Source: an uncultured Acidobacteriota bacterium
GTDB lineage: Bacteria; Acidobacteriota; Terriglobia; UBA7540
Assembly (NCBI GenBank): GCA_963804995.1
Contig: CAWDSK010000003.1
Location: 256,001-320,000, forward strand
Reading direction: 5' to 3'
DNA length: 64,000 bases
A program made the position numbers and the translations under genes. This document shows positions 20,935 through 30,725 of the stretch, in pieces (position 1 is the first letter of the stretch; the number at the start of each line of letters is the position of its first letter). Below the pieces are notes generated by a model. The model did no database searches. It saw only the letters and a program-made list of their open reading frames with translations, and had not been told where the DNA came from.

Positions 20935-22274
20935 GCACCTTGCTTTGTCTGGGACGCCATACCGTGACCGGTCTGCTCACCACTTGCGGCCTGCAGTTCC
21001 GTGACTGGACCTCCAGTTACCGGCTCTTCTCCCAGCACCGTCTGCGGGTTGAGGCGCTCTTCTCCGTGGTGCGCCGCGCGGTGGTGAGCGAACTCGCACC
21101 CGGCGCTCCCGTCTGCGCCCTCCTCGATGACTCGCTGTTGCGTCGTTCCGGTCGGCGCACTCCCGGGGTGGCTTGGCGCCGCGACCCGCTGGGCCCGCGC
21201 TTTCAAACCAACTTCGTGCGCGCCCAGCGTTTTCTTCAAACCTCCCTCGCGCTCCCCACTCCCGACGGCTCCTGCCGCTTGCTCCCCATTGCTTTCCGCC
21301 ATGCCCCCACGCCCCGCAAGCCTTCCCGGCAGGCCCCCGCCGCCGAGCAGCAGCAGTACCGCACCCAAGCGCGCGCTGCCCGCCTCGGTCAACGCGCCAG
21401 CGAACAGATCCACGATCTGCGTGCGGCCCTTGACTCCGATCCCGCCTCCGCTTCGCGCCTTCTCCTCGTCGCCTTCGATGGCGGATACACCAACCGCACC
21501 GTCCTCAAACGCCTTCCTCCCCATACCACCGCCATCGGCCGGCTCCGCAAAGATGCTCAGTTGCTGTTCCGGCCCGATCCCCAAACCCAAAAGGCGCGCG
21601 GTCGCCGTCTCTGCTACGGGCCTCCCGCTCCCACTCCCGAGCAGGTCCGCACCGACGATGCTCCCTGGCAGACCTTGACCTTTACCCATCACGGCATTCC
21701 CCATCAACTCCGCTTCAAGCGCCGCACCGGCCTCCTGTGGCGTGCCGCCGGCGCCCACCAATTCCTGCAACTTGTCGTCATCGCGCCGCTCGCCTATCGT
21801 CTGCGCCAAGGTTCCAAGCTGCTCTATCGCCAACCCGCCTTCCTCCTCTGCACCGACGAAAACCTCGACCCCCAACTCCTCATCACAACTTACTTCCAAC
21901 GCTGGGACATTGAAGTTAATTTCCGCGATGAAAAAACTCTGCTGGGAGTGGGCCAAGCCCAGGTCCGCTCCCCCCATTCGGTCCAGTCTGCCCCCGCCTT
22001 CACCGTGGCCGCCTATGCCCTCTTGCTCCTCGCTACCCATCGCGCCTTCGCCCGTACCCGCCACGGCCTGCTGCCGCGCCCCAAGTGGATCCACGCTGCC
22101 CCCACTGCCCGCATCTCCACCCAACACGCCATCCATCAACTGCGCGCCGAGGTCTGGGGCCGGGGACTGGGTCTCGATCATTTCTCCGGCTTCGCGCCTC
22201 CCCAACCCTCTACAACGAAGCCCCAGAATTGTACCTTCCCCCTCGCCTCCGCCCTCTGCTACGCCAATGCTTGA
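20826..22274 (+). CDS. DDE transposase (IS4/IS701-like), probably expressed by -1 frameshift from ORF-A
   Basis: LLDDSLLRRSG, VAFDGGY and YFQRWDIEVNFRDEK (YREK-type motif); A8 run at the ORF-A overlap. Confidence 0.85.
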   Translation, partial: KKNSTGVLAELEQLWSQCFPGFRQRRVAAHAQALALSTLLCLGRHTVTGLLTTCGLQFRDWTSSYRLFSQHRLRVEALFSVVRRAVVSELAPGAPVCALLDDSLLRRSGRRTPGVAWRRDPLGPRFQTNFVRAQRFLQTSLALPTPDGSCRLLPIAFRHAPTPRKPSRQAPAAEQQQYRTQARAARLGQRASEQIHDLRAALDSDPASASRLLLVAFDGGYTNRTVLKRLPPHTTAIGRLRKDAQLLFRPDPQTQKARGRRLCYGPPAPTPEQVRTDDAPWQTLTFTHHGIPHQLRFKRRTGLLWRAAGAHQFLQLVVIAPLAYRLRQGSKLLYRQPAFLLCTDENLDPQLLITTYFQRWDIEVNFRDEKTLLGVGQAQVRSPHSVQSAPAFTVAAYALLLLATHRAFARTRHGLLPRPKWIHAAPTARISTQHAIHQLRAEVWGRGLGLDHFSGFAPPQPSTTKPQNCTFPLASALCYANA

Positions 22275-22296
22275 ACTGCAAAAGGCCAAAGGCCAG

Positions 22297-22630
22297 CGCG
22301 GGGACTCTGTCCCCGGTGACAGGCCGGACAAACGTAATAGGGACGCTCGGTCTCAACCCGCCCCAGCACGGTCAGCAGTTGCTTCCGACGCCTGCCGCGG
22401 TAGGGTGCCCCCTGACCACAGCCGCAGGGAACTTGGCGAGGGCACTCGTCCGGGGCGGCCAGCAACTCCTCCAGCACCGCCGCCCCCGCCCGGTGCAAGG
22501 CCGCGCGTGTGGCCATCTCGACGGCTTCCAAATCCAGCGTCCCGGACTTGCGCCGCCCAGCAAAGATCACCGCCAGCAGGGACTCTACTTCTCGCGCCAC
22601 TTCCCGCTGAATGGCTTCCGCCGTTTTTTT
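22297..22630 (-). pseudogene. ISKra4-like transposase, N-terminal part
   Basis: DLEAVEMATRAALHRAGAAVL, CGCG and RPYYVCPAC; cut by the nested IS. Confidence 0.85.
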
Positions 22631-22989
22631 TCCTGCTCCGCCGCTTCGGCCTCCTGGGGGAGGGGGCGCTGACGGCAGATTTTTTCGTTCACCTCCACGA
22701 AGGCCCGGCGCAGTTGTTGAAACCTGCGGAACTCGGCAATCTGTCGTTCCGCCTGGTGCCGGGCGGCAGGGCTGGGGAAGGTTTCGCTGACGGTCCGGCC
22801 CTGCACCTTGTAAGTGAGCCGGAAGTTAGGGCCGTGGCCGGGATGATGGGGCTGATGACAGTGACAGTTGGACTTGCCGCAGCGGGCGGTAATGCTGGTG
22901 ATCGAACCACTGCGGAGGTCACCCAGTTGGGCGATCTGGCGGATCAACTCCGCCCGTTGGTTCTCCAGGACGTTAAGGGATTGGGGCAT
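22585..22989 (-). CDS. IS ORF-A (DUF6788-like Cys/His-rich protein)
   Basis: GAGGAGG RBS; RSGSI...RCGKSNCHC...GHGP; A8 slippery run near its 3' end. Confidence 0.8.
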   Translation of the reverse strand: MPQSLNVLENQRAELIRQIAQLGDLRSGSITSITARCGKSNCHCHQPHHPGHGPNFRLTYKVQGRTVSETFPSPAARHQAERQIAEFRRFQQLRRAFVEVNEKICRQRPLPQEAEAAEQEKKRRKPFSGKWREK

Positions 22990-23100
22990 GTTAAGGCCTC
23001 CTCTATCCTAACGTATCATATACGTTAGGATATAAGCGACAAAAAAAGAGCCAGCCCAGAGCGTTACATTTATGTCGCGCACCCACGGTGGCTCCTCCGC

Positions 23101-23128
23101 TTGACATAATCTCACAATCAGCTAATCT
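23101..23128 (+). promoter_or_regulatory. Sigma70-type promoter of the toxin-antitoxin operon
   Basis: TTGACA-16-TAATCT, ending 6 nt before the antitoxin ATG (possibly leaderless). Confidence 0.55.
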
Positions 23129-23134
23129 GATGGC

Positions 23135-23428
23135 ATGGCAGCGAAAACAAGCGCGCGTGAGGAGCGGATCGGGCGGGTAGGGCAGCGGCGCCAGGTGATC
23201 ATCCCGCGCGAGATTCTCGATCGCCTCAATCTTCGGGAAGGGGATTTCGTAGCATTCAGCCCACGGGCCAACGGAGTCCTCGTCAAACCCAAGCGCTTGA
23301 TTGACCCCGAGGACATGCTCACGCCTGCCGAGGCCAAGCAAGTTCGCCAGGGGATGGAGCAGATAAAAGCCGGCCGCTTCAAGTTATGGCGGGACGTGAA
23401 GCATGCCCTGGACCATTCGGGTCGCTGA
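23135..23428 (+). CDS. AbrB/MazE/SpoVT-family antitoxin
   Basis: RVGQRRQVIIPREILDRLNLREGDFV; overlaps the toxin start. Confidence 0.85.
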   Translation: MAAKTSAREERIGRVGQRRQVIIPREILDRLNLREGDFVAFSPRANGVLVKPKRLIDPEDMLTPAEAKQVRQGMEQIKAGRFKLWRDVKHALDHSGR

Positions 23429-23669
23429 CGGCGCCCAATTATTCATTGAAAACCTCCCCGAAAAGGCCCGTCGCCAAGTTTCGCGCAGCCTCAGCCAATT
23501 GGAGGAAGACCCGTTTCGTGGCGACGTGCGACCTCTCAAGGGCAAAGAATGGCAAGGCTATTATCGTAAGCGTGCCGGCGATTACCGAATCATATTTTTC
23601 CTGCACCACGAGCAGCGACTGATTGATGTGGCATGGGTGCTGAGGCGGTCGGAAAAGACCTACCGTTGA
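23403..23669 (+). CDS. RelE/ParE-family toxin
   Basis: 88 aa; DPFRGDVRPLKG...YRKRAGDYRIIF...RRSEKTY. Confidence 0.9.
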   Translation: MPWTIRVADGAQLFIENLPEKARRQVSRSLSQLEEDPFRGDVRPLKGKEWQGYYRKRAGDYRIIFFLHHEQRLIDVAWVLRRSEKTYR

Positions 23670-23740
23670 CCCAACGCACTCAGGCGCGAGTGGGGCGTCC
23701 ACATCCTGGCCAGCCTGAATCCCATCATGGAAGAGGAACG

Positions 23741-24934
23741 ATGTGTTGTCTTCGAAGTGTCTGGCTCCTTTGTCTACTCCTCCCCTACAAATCAATTCCG
23801 GCCTACACCAAGGTTCCACCGGAGCATGCTTCTCCTGCGACAGCTTTGCGAAGGATCAAATGGTTGCAAGCCCCTGCCGGTTTTGACGGCGACCTCCTTG
23901 CGCTCCGCGGCAAGGTGGTTGTGCTTGAGTTCTGGGCAACGTGGTGCAGTCCGTGCGTCAGCGCCATTCCCCACCTGAATCAACTGGCTAATGATTTTCA
24001 TGATGTCATGTTCCTCGCCGTGACCATGGATGACGAGGATCGTCTCAAGCAGTTCTTACACGACCATCCCGTGAATGCAGCAATCGGAATCGATCCGGAA
24101 AGGAAGACGTGGGAGGCATTTGAGGTACCGTCGATACCACACACGATTGTCATCGACAAAGACGGCAGTGTCATTGGCGCCACACTTCCGGAGAATCTTA
24201 CTCCTGACCTGCTCAGGGAGGCGCTTGCAGGCAAGAAGCCAACACTGCCTCCCAAAGAGACCGTCGAATCGGATATGGAGTGGGATGACCATCTTATTGA
24301 TTGGCAAGATGGCGTGCGCCCGACCACCTACGCGATCATTAAACCAATCAAAACGGCGACCGGGGTAACCTGGCCAAGGCCAGCTCACTTCACCGCCGAC
24401 GGAGTAGCCCTCGAGGTTTTGGTGCAGGCCGCCTATGAAACCGATAACTTGCATTTGGATTGGCGCATGCCCGAGGATCACCAGACCTACCGTGTTGCCA
24501 TACGGGTTCCGAAGGATCGGGAATCAACTCTGCTGCCCTACATGCGTCAGACCCTGAGTACGGTATTCGGCATTCAAGCCCGCTGGGAAAACCAGGAGCG
24601 CGAAGTATACGTTCTGCGACGAACTGCAGGTAGCACCGGACCTTCCGAATCCAGGTCAGAACACGATATGGCCCAAGCGCTGAGGGGCAAGATCACGCTG
24701 CGGCATCAATCCGTAAGACGCCTGTGTTATTTCCTCACGAACCACTCGCTTAACTTGGTTGTGGTAGATGAGACAGGTATGAATGGATACTTTGATTTCG
24801 ATGTGCCCTACCAACCCGGCCAACCTGAAGTCGCGCTTCAAGCGTTGAAGGAGCTAGGGTTTGACGCTATCAAAGCGCGCCGAAGCATCCCGATCCTCGT
24901 GGTCAGCCCCGACATTGTGATCAAGCAGCAGTAG
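23741..24934 (+). CDS. TlpA-like thioredoxin fused to a TIGR03435/DUF3738-like domain
   Basis: GKVVVLEFWATWCSPC; C-terminal EREVYVL...VVDETGMNGYFDF...ELG. Confidence 0.75.
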   Translation: MCCLRSVWLLCLLLPYKSIPAYTKVPPEHASPATALRRIKWLQAPAGFDGDLLALRGKVVVLEFWATWCSPCVSAIPHLNQLANDFHDVMFLAVTMDDEDRLKQFLHDHPVNAAIGIDPERKTWEAFEVPSIPHTIVIDKDGSVIGATLPENLTPDLLREALAGKKPTLPPKETVESDMEWDDHLIDWQDGVRPTTYAIIKPIKTATGVTWPRPAHFTADGVALEVLVQAAYETDNLHLDWRMPEDHQTYRVAIRVPKDRESTLLPYMRQTLSTVFGIQARWENQEREVYVLRRTAGSTGPSESRSEHDMAQALRGKITLRHQSVRRLCYFLTNHSLNLVVVDETGMNGYFDFDVPYQPGQPEVALQALKELGFDAIKARRSIPILVVSPDIVIKQQ

Positions 24935-24983
24935 CATGCCGGAAACAGAAGCGGCCGCCTTCTGCCTCACCTGCAATCGGAAA

Positions 24984-25836
24984 TCAATATGTAGCATGCC
25001 AATCATACCAAAATGCATAAAGCTCTGGTTTTCGAGAAAGAATTGGGCGCCTTTCCCGCAAATAAGTGGACCTGGCTTGGGCGTACGTCATCCAACCGCC
25101 GGGAATATCATCTCCCCAGGGGCCGCTGGAACCGGGAGAAAACACGAATCCTGAGGTCGCGGCAATCCGTCCCGAATCTGTAAAGCGCTCAGCGATTCCG
25201 GATAGACCTCTGACCCGAAGCCGGCCTCGGGCGGCGCTGGTGACCAGGCGCAGCCAGAAACGTGTGGCAGCATGGGACCTTATCGAAGCCCACCCCTCCT
25301 GGTTCACCAGCTTGAAACGCCGATAACCAACATCCCGCAACAACTCCAGCATCGCCAAAGCCTCTTGGTCAGAGAGAACGGCCGAGTCGCCGACACATTC
25401 CGACTCCACGGAAATATACCTGGGAAGACGGGTCGCGCGGAGGGCCTCGATACAAAGTTGGTCATTTCCCTCGATATCGATCTTCAGATAATGGGGTACG
25501 CCATACTCTTCGAAGAATTTGAGAGAACGGGACAGTCGACACCGAAATCGGTCGATGTGCGGTGCCCTCTCGCGATGCAATGGCCCTGTCAAAGGAACTC
25601 CAATCAGCGTGATCGGAAATCCAAAAGGTCGCGGTGCCCGGCGTTTTCGATATGCCGACATTCAACAGGGTCAGCCGCTTCGCCTGGATCTCTTTGGCGA
25701 AACGCAATTTTGCCCTCTCCACCATCACCGGATTCGCGTCAATCGCGACCACGTTGTAGCCGCGAAAAAGGTAGTACGCCGTATCTTCGCCATCGAACAG
25801 GCCGACGTCATAGATCAAATCAGAATCTGTTCCCAT
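24984..25836 (-). CDS. FkbM-family methyltransferase, with an apparent +1 frameshift near 25510
   Basis: IYDVGLFDGED and VVAIDANP in one frame; YLKIDIEGND in the next. Confidence 0.85.
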
Positions 25837-26292
25837 GGGTCCTCAAGAATAACAGAACCTGATGCGAAACGCTGGGAAGGCGGCTTCCCCCTGCCCGGAC
25901 AAGGCAAAGCCTGCCTCCTTATGCCGGCGCAGACCACGACTAAGACGCGTGAAATCAATTCCTTCACAGCTTCGGGGAGGTGGGCAGCCAAACCCCAGCC
26001 TGACGCATTTCACCACTGCGGTTATCGGAGGGTTGCATTGGAAAATGAGGTCCACAATCGACGCGGAATTGTGGGGTTTTCAAATGACCCGATGGCTCGA
26101 TGGCCAAATGGCCCGATTCCTTGTTCACCCGATCTCCGGATCCTCCGATCTCCCGATTCTCTGAACCCGCCGTGACACACTCCCCCGTTTCGGTTATCGG
26201 TGGGTTGACATGAAAACTTGAGACTTCAAATCGGCCGGGACTCGCACCAAGCGCTCGCTGCCTACTACCGTAACTAGAGATTGCTCTCACCG

Positions 26293-27870
26293 CTAGCGCA
26301 AGTCTGACAATATGGAAAGGGGGAAACGACACCGGAGGGTACGTCTTTCGTCAGAATCACATCCTGCCGCCGGGGAATCCGCCAAAGCAGCGCCCGCCCC
26401 GGTTCGAGGCCCCGCCTCGATCTGGGCAATGGGTTGTTGCTGCGCATCAGACCGTTTGCTTTTAACCCAAGTGTAGGCCGGGTGAAAACCTAGGCGCACC
26501 ACTTCCCCAGTCCGCCAGATCAGGTTGTCGCGCAGGATGTGATTTCGAGCGGTAAGGATCACTCGGCGCAAGGCTCGCACGCCGACACCCGGCCCGAGCT
26601 GGTTATCCGGGGCGGAAAAATCATAGCGGGGAGTTGCGCAGGAGTTTAAAGAAATCACCGCAACTTCTTTATCCAACGTCATACCTTTTCTCGACTCAGG
26701 CGCGGCAGAGTTTGAGGCCTGGGGCCGGTGTATATAGGTGACGGAACCCACGCACCCCGTAAAGAAAAGATCGTTGACCACGAAATCCCGCTCCAGGTCC
26801 ACATCACGTTCCACGCGGTGCGTGAAACCAAAAGGTTGAACGGAAAAGCTCGTGCTGACATCCCGGGTTGCAGCCGAGACCCAAACCGTCTGGCCCTGCC
26901 ACGTCTCGGGGCTCTTCCAAAGCCGCAGGTGGTCGCGCTTTTGAAATGTGTCCAGGGTCTTTTGGAAACTGAAATCGGGCTCGGCATTATCGACGAGCAG
27001 GATTCGCATGGGCGCGTTGGCGAAAGCCTGGCCTGCCACAATGGCACGCACAGCACCGACACCCGAGACCAAGGAAAGCGGCTTTGCCCCCGTCCACCCT
27101 GCTGCCGCAAAGGTCCGCTGTATACCTTCACTCGAACCGACAAAGGCCAGAGTGATAGGGTCCATGGGCATCCGCTCGCGCCGGGAATATGACCATTCGG
27201 GCATCCCACCCACCAAAGCTCCCAACCCAGTTTCGTCCTCCGATCCTGGCGGGGGGTTCGAAGTTTGAGCCTGCGCAGAAGCGGGCAGCGCTATCGGCTG
27301 TTCCAGCTTGATTCCCAGTTCAGTTCCCGTCGCAAAATTGATCTCCGGATCCGGGAAATCGAACAAAATTGTCTCCGCGGCAAAGATAGGAATCCATAAA
27401 TCCGGGTCAGCCCAAGCGGCAAATGCCAGGCGTGACCCCAGCCGATTGGAGAGGCTATACGTGGCGCGGATTCCGTGGATTTTGCCGTTGCGGTCCACGT
27501 TCTCACGGGCGTTTTCCACGCTGATGACACGCGACTTGATGGCGTATCGGACGCCGCCGGGTAACGCTAACTCACTGAACTCGAGTTGAAGCTCGGCCTT
27601 CTCGTGGACCAGACCCAGCCCCACCTTCCGAATCCCCTTGATGCTGCCGTAGACAGTCGTTCCCTCGGGAAGCGCACTTGGATGGCGGGGATTTACACTC
27701 GGGACCACCAGCGCCTGAACTTTATCACCCGGCTTCGAACGGTAAGTCGAAACGGCCGTCAGCAGACGCAGGGTAAGGACTGTCTCGGCTGGAACTTCGG
27801 CCCAACCGGGGGTGCTCAGTATTATCCCCCCTAGCATGGCCCACAAGGATAGTATCCGCAAATTCGTCAT
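26293..27870 (-). CDS. Secreted protein with LssY-like C-terminal domain
   Basis: Signal peptide; DPITLAFVGS, AAGW, KRDHLRLW, WVSAATRD and THRVERDVDLERD. Confidence 0.75.
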   Translation of the reverse strand: MTNLRILSLWAMLGGIILSTPGWAEVPAETVLTLRLLTAVSTYRSKPGDKVQALVVPSVNPRHPSALPEGTTVYGSIKGIRKVGLGLVHEKAELQLEFSELALPGGVRYAIKSRVISVENARENVDRNGKIHGIRATYSLSNRLGSRLAFAAWADPDLWIPIFAAETILFDFPDPEINFATGTELGIKLEQPIALPASAQAQTSNPPPGSEDETGLGALVGGMPEWSYSRRERMPMDPITLAFVGSSEGIQRTFAAAGWTGAKPLSLVSGVGAVRAIVAGQAFANAPMRILLVDNAEPDFSFQKTLDTFQKRDHLRLWKSPETWQGQTVWVSAATRDVSTSFSVQPFGFTHRVERDVDLERDFVVNDLFFTGCVGSVTYIHRPQASNSAAPESRKGMTLDKEVAVISLNSCATPRYDFSAPDNQLGPGVGVRALRRVILTARNHILRDNLIWRTGEVVRLGFHPAYTWVKSKRSDAQQQPIAQIEAGPRTGAGAALADSPAAGCDSDERRTLRCRFPLSILSDLR

Positions 27871-28535
27871 GGAAACGAGAACTGCTCCCCTGCTTGTCGG
27901 TTGAGAAGCTGAATTGCAGCCGCCCCAACTCGGGTGCGCGACCTCGGCAGGCTACTCTCGCAAAGCCTTGGAGGAAATCAACATCTTGTGCCTGACCACA
28001 CACTTGACCCGGTTCTCAGGCGATGACAACGTAAGTTTTACCCAGGGTCAGTGCGTGAACGTGCGCTTTCCGATAATCCGCCAAATAGTCCGGGCACTTT
28101 GACTACCAGAATCTGGGGGTTGCCTGGCGAGGGATTTCACCGTACCTGCGAGCCCCTGACCAACCCCAGCCTGCTAAGACAGCTAACCCTTGTATCATAT
28201 TTGCCACCCACTTCACGCACATTTTTCTGGTTTCATTCCAAGTTACGGCAGACCATCGCAACTGTTTCGCCGACTCGATTGACCTGGGTATGAAGCCCAG
28301 ACAACACTTGAATATAAACCTCCGTCTCTGAGGGCAGGGTGACCGTTGGGAACCGGGCCAAGTTTGCGGTTCTCTTGCGGCTCAACGGTGCCGCGCACCC
28401 GACTTTGAGCTTCAAGTTTTGTCCCATTTGTACGGCACAGCGAGGCTTAGCGGCCCTTGTCCCATCATTGTCATGCGCGATACGGTATAATGCGGTGGGC
28501 CAAAAATTCTGTGATCGCGACCAAATAATCAACGG

Positions 28536-29420
28536 ATGGGAAATCCCATGGAACCTATGCTGCCCATGCCGGCTCAAAAACTCACCCCCGATCAACAGCT
28601 CCATTACCAGGAGAAGGGCTACTACTTCCCCCTCAGAGTCTTCGGAGAGGAGGCAGCGGCAGGCTTTCGCAAATCCTTCCACGAGTATATGGAGCGATAC
28701 GCGGAACAGTTAAGCCGCCTACTGCCGAGGGACCGGCGCATTTACTTGACTGAAACCCATCTGTTCTTGCCATGGGTTTATCGAATCATTTCCGCTCCGG
28801 CGGTGCTGGATGCAGTGGAGTCCGTTCTGGGGCCGAACCTCATGGTGTGGGGGTCACAATGGTTCCCCAAGCTGCCCGGTGACAAGGCCTATGTCTCCTG
28901 GCATCAGGATGGCACCTATTGGGGCCTGAATCCTCCTAATGTGACGACGGCGTGGATTGCCCTCTCCGAAAGCACACCCGAGAACGGCTGCATGCGGGTG
29001 GTGCCCCGAACGCAATTGACGCCACTCCTGCCGCAGCGCGAGACCTATGCCCCCGACAACATGTTAACGCGCGGGCAGGAGATTGCGGTCGATGTCGACG
29101 AGACCCAAGCGGTTGACTTGGTCCTGCGCCCCGGAGAAATGTCGCTCCACCATATCGGCATTGTGCATGGCTCCGGGCCCAACCAGTCGCGCGGCCCCAG
29201 GATTGGTCTCGCGGTCCGTTACATTTCCCCGGATGTGGTTCAGGCTGGAGCCACGCGCGACATGGCGGTACTCGTACGTGGCAAGGATGAATACGGCCAC
29301 TTTGATTTGGTCACTCCCCCCGACTGTGCGGAAAGCCCTGAACAGAGCACGCTCCACGCGGAAGCGTTGCGGCGTAAAGGCAGCAACATCCTGCCCAAGG
29401 ATTATGCTCCCCCGAAGTGA
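28536..29420 (+). CDS. Phytanoyl-CoA dioxygenase (PhyH) family Fe/2OG oxygenase
   Basis: WHQD, TAWIAL, ENGCM, LRPGEMSLHH, HGSGPN and RIG. Confidence 0.92.
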   Translation: MGNPMEPMLPMPAQKLTPDQQLHYQEKGYYFPLRVFGEEAAAGFRKSFHEYMERYAEQLSRLLPRDRRIYLTETHLFLPWVYRIISAPAVLDAVESVLGPNLMVWGSQWFPKLPGDKAYVSWHQDGTYWGLNPPNVTTAWIALSESTPENGCMRVVPRTQLTPLLPQRETYAPDNMLTRGQEIAVDVDETQAVDLVLRPGEMSLHHIGIVHGSGPNQSRGPRIGLAVRYISPDVVQAGATRDMAVLVRGKDEYGHFDLVTPPDCAESPEQSTLHAEALRRKGSNILPKDYAPPK

Positions 29421-29442
29421 CGAGGCCCGCTGCTCTCAGAAG

Positions 29443-30450
29443 TCAACTCGTAAAGAAGGTTGTCTCCGCAGTTTTTCGGAGCATCCATTCCTTGTCATCA
29501 GCGGAAAGAAAACTCAGGCGGTCGCGTACCAGCGAGATGCTGTCCTCGTAAGTTTCCGTGGCCAGTTGGTAAGGGCAATCCGACGCCCACATCAGCCGCC
29601 GCGGGCCGAAGGCGTCGTAGAGGCGCCGGATGAACGGCACAAGGTCGAGATGCGGGGGCCGCTTGGCTCCCGCACCATACAAGGCTGAAACCTTGACCTT
29701 GACCTCGGGGTATTTCGCCAGACCGCACAATGTTTGGACGTCGCTTTCAGCAATGGGCCCGGCCGTTCCAATTCTGGCCAAGTGGTCGATCACCACCGGC
29801 GTTTCTGGAAAGCGCTCGCAACGCTTGGCGACACCCGGCAGGTTGTCAGGGTCGAGCAGCAGGCAGATCGCCAATCGCTCCTTCGCACCGCAGCGGAACA
29901 TCTTTTCGACGCTCTCGCCCTCCAGGAAAGTTAAGCGCGCAGGTCCCTCCGCGCGGATGCGGAATCCTCGCACGCCCTGTTTCGCGAAGTCGCGCATATC
30001 CGCATCGGGATGACTTCCCTTCCAATCCACCACCGCCACGCCGCGGAAGACATTCGGAAAACGCCGGATCGTTTCCACCATGTAGGAATTGTCAAAACCA
30101 TAAAACCTCACCTGGATCAGAACGATACGTCTCACGCCGGAGGGACGGGCCGCGCGCAGAATATCGTCCGCAAAGAAAGTACTGGGCACCATGTCGTGAG
30201 GAGTGAAAGCTGGAGAAATTGGATAGTGACTGAAGTCGTTTGTCCACACGTGAACATGAGGATCAATGAACCCTCGGGCGCCCCCTTGTCCGCGCGGTTC
30301 GGGTTTTTGCTCAGCCTCCGAAGAGCTGGAAGCTATGAAGCTTACGGCTCCCGCCATCGCCATACCCTGCTTCAGAAAATCACGGCGACAAGGCAAGTTT
30401 GAAACTGCATCTCGCCCGTGAGGGCGATGGTCTAAGGTGAACGTGATCAT
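29443..30450 (-). CDS. Tat-exported amidohydrolase (Amidohydro_2 family)
   Basis: RRDFLK; IDPHVH, GVRGFR, VIDHL and RLMWASDCP; start position uncertain. Confidence 0.85.
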   Translation of the reverse strand: MITFTLDHRPHGRDAVSNLPCRRDFLKQGMAMAGAVSFIASSSSEAEQKPEPRGQGGARGFIDPHVHVWTNDFSHYPISPAFTPHDMVPSTFFADDILRAARPSGVRRIVLIQVRFYGFDNSYMVETIRRFPNVFRGVAVVDWKGSHPDADMRDFAKQGVRGFRIRAEGPARLTFLEGESVEKMFRCGAKERLAICLLLDPDNLPGVAKRCERFPETPVVIDHLARIGTAGPIAESDVQTLCGLAKYPEVKVKVSALYGAGAKRPPHLDLVPFIRRLYDAFGPRRLMWASDCPYQLATETYEDSISLVRDRLSFLSADDKEWMLRKTAETTFFTS

Positions 30451-30725
30451 GACAAACCCCCATTTGATATTTTTGCAACCCTCTTTCGTGCCGAACCTTG
30501 GTGCGTCAGCCCTCGAACCAGCAGGTGCAGTGGTTGGAACCGCCAGAGAGACTTGGGAATCACCCTGGGTTACTGATCTTTCCACCAACTGTTCCCTTCC
30601 CCCGTGTTGCGATGACCACCATACAGCATTTGCAGTCTCGCCGCGAGTGGGATAGATTCGCGCGAGCGTCATCGAAGATGCGGCCACAAGCAAAGGCCAA
30701 GATTCGAGCCCTGAGAGGATGAGAT

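Larger units (their letters stand above)
20534..22296 (+). mobile_element. 1763-bp IS4/IS701-like DDE insertion sequence
   Basis: IRs CTGGACTTTGGCCTTT / CTGGCCTTTGGCCTTT; flanked by exact 21-bp direct repeat CGCGGGGACTCTGTCCCCGGT (20513-20533 and 22297-22317). Confidence 0.9.
19464..23084 (-). mobile_element. ISKra4-family-like insertion sequence, interrupted by a second IS
   Basis: Terminal IRs GGGTGTGCGACAAATCTGT / GGGTGCGCGACATAAATGT; exact 9-bp TSD ACGGTGGCT at 19455-19463 and 23085-23093. Confidence 0.9.

Noticed and set aside
20619..22331. 570-aa minus-strand ORF inside the inner IS
   Set aside because: Antisense shadow of the C-rich transposase; no motifs.
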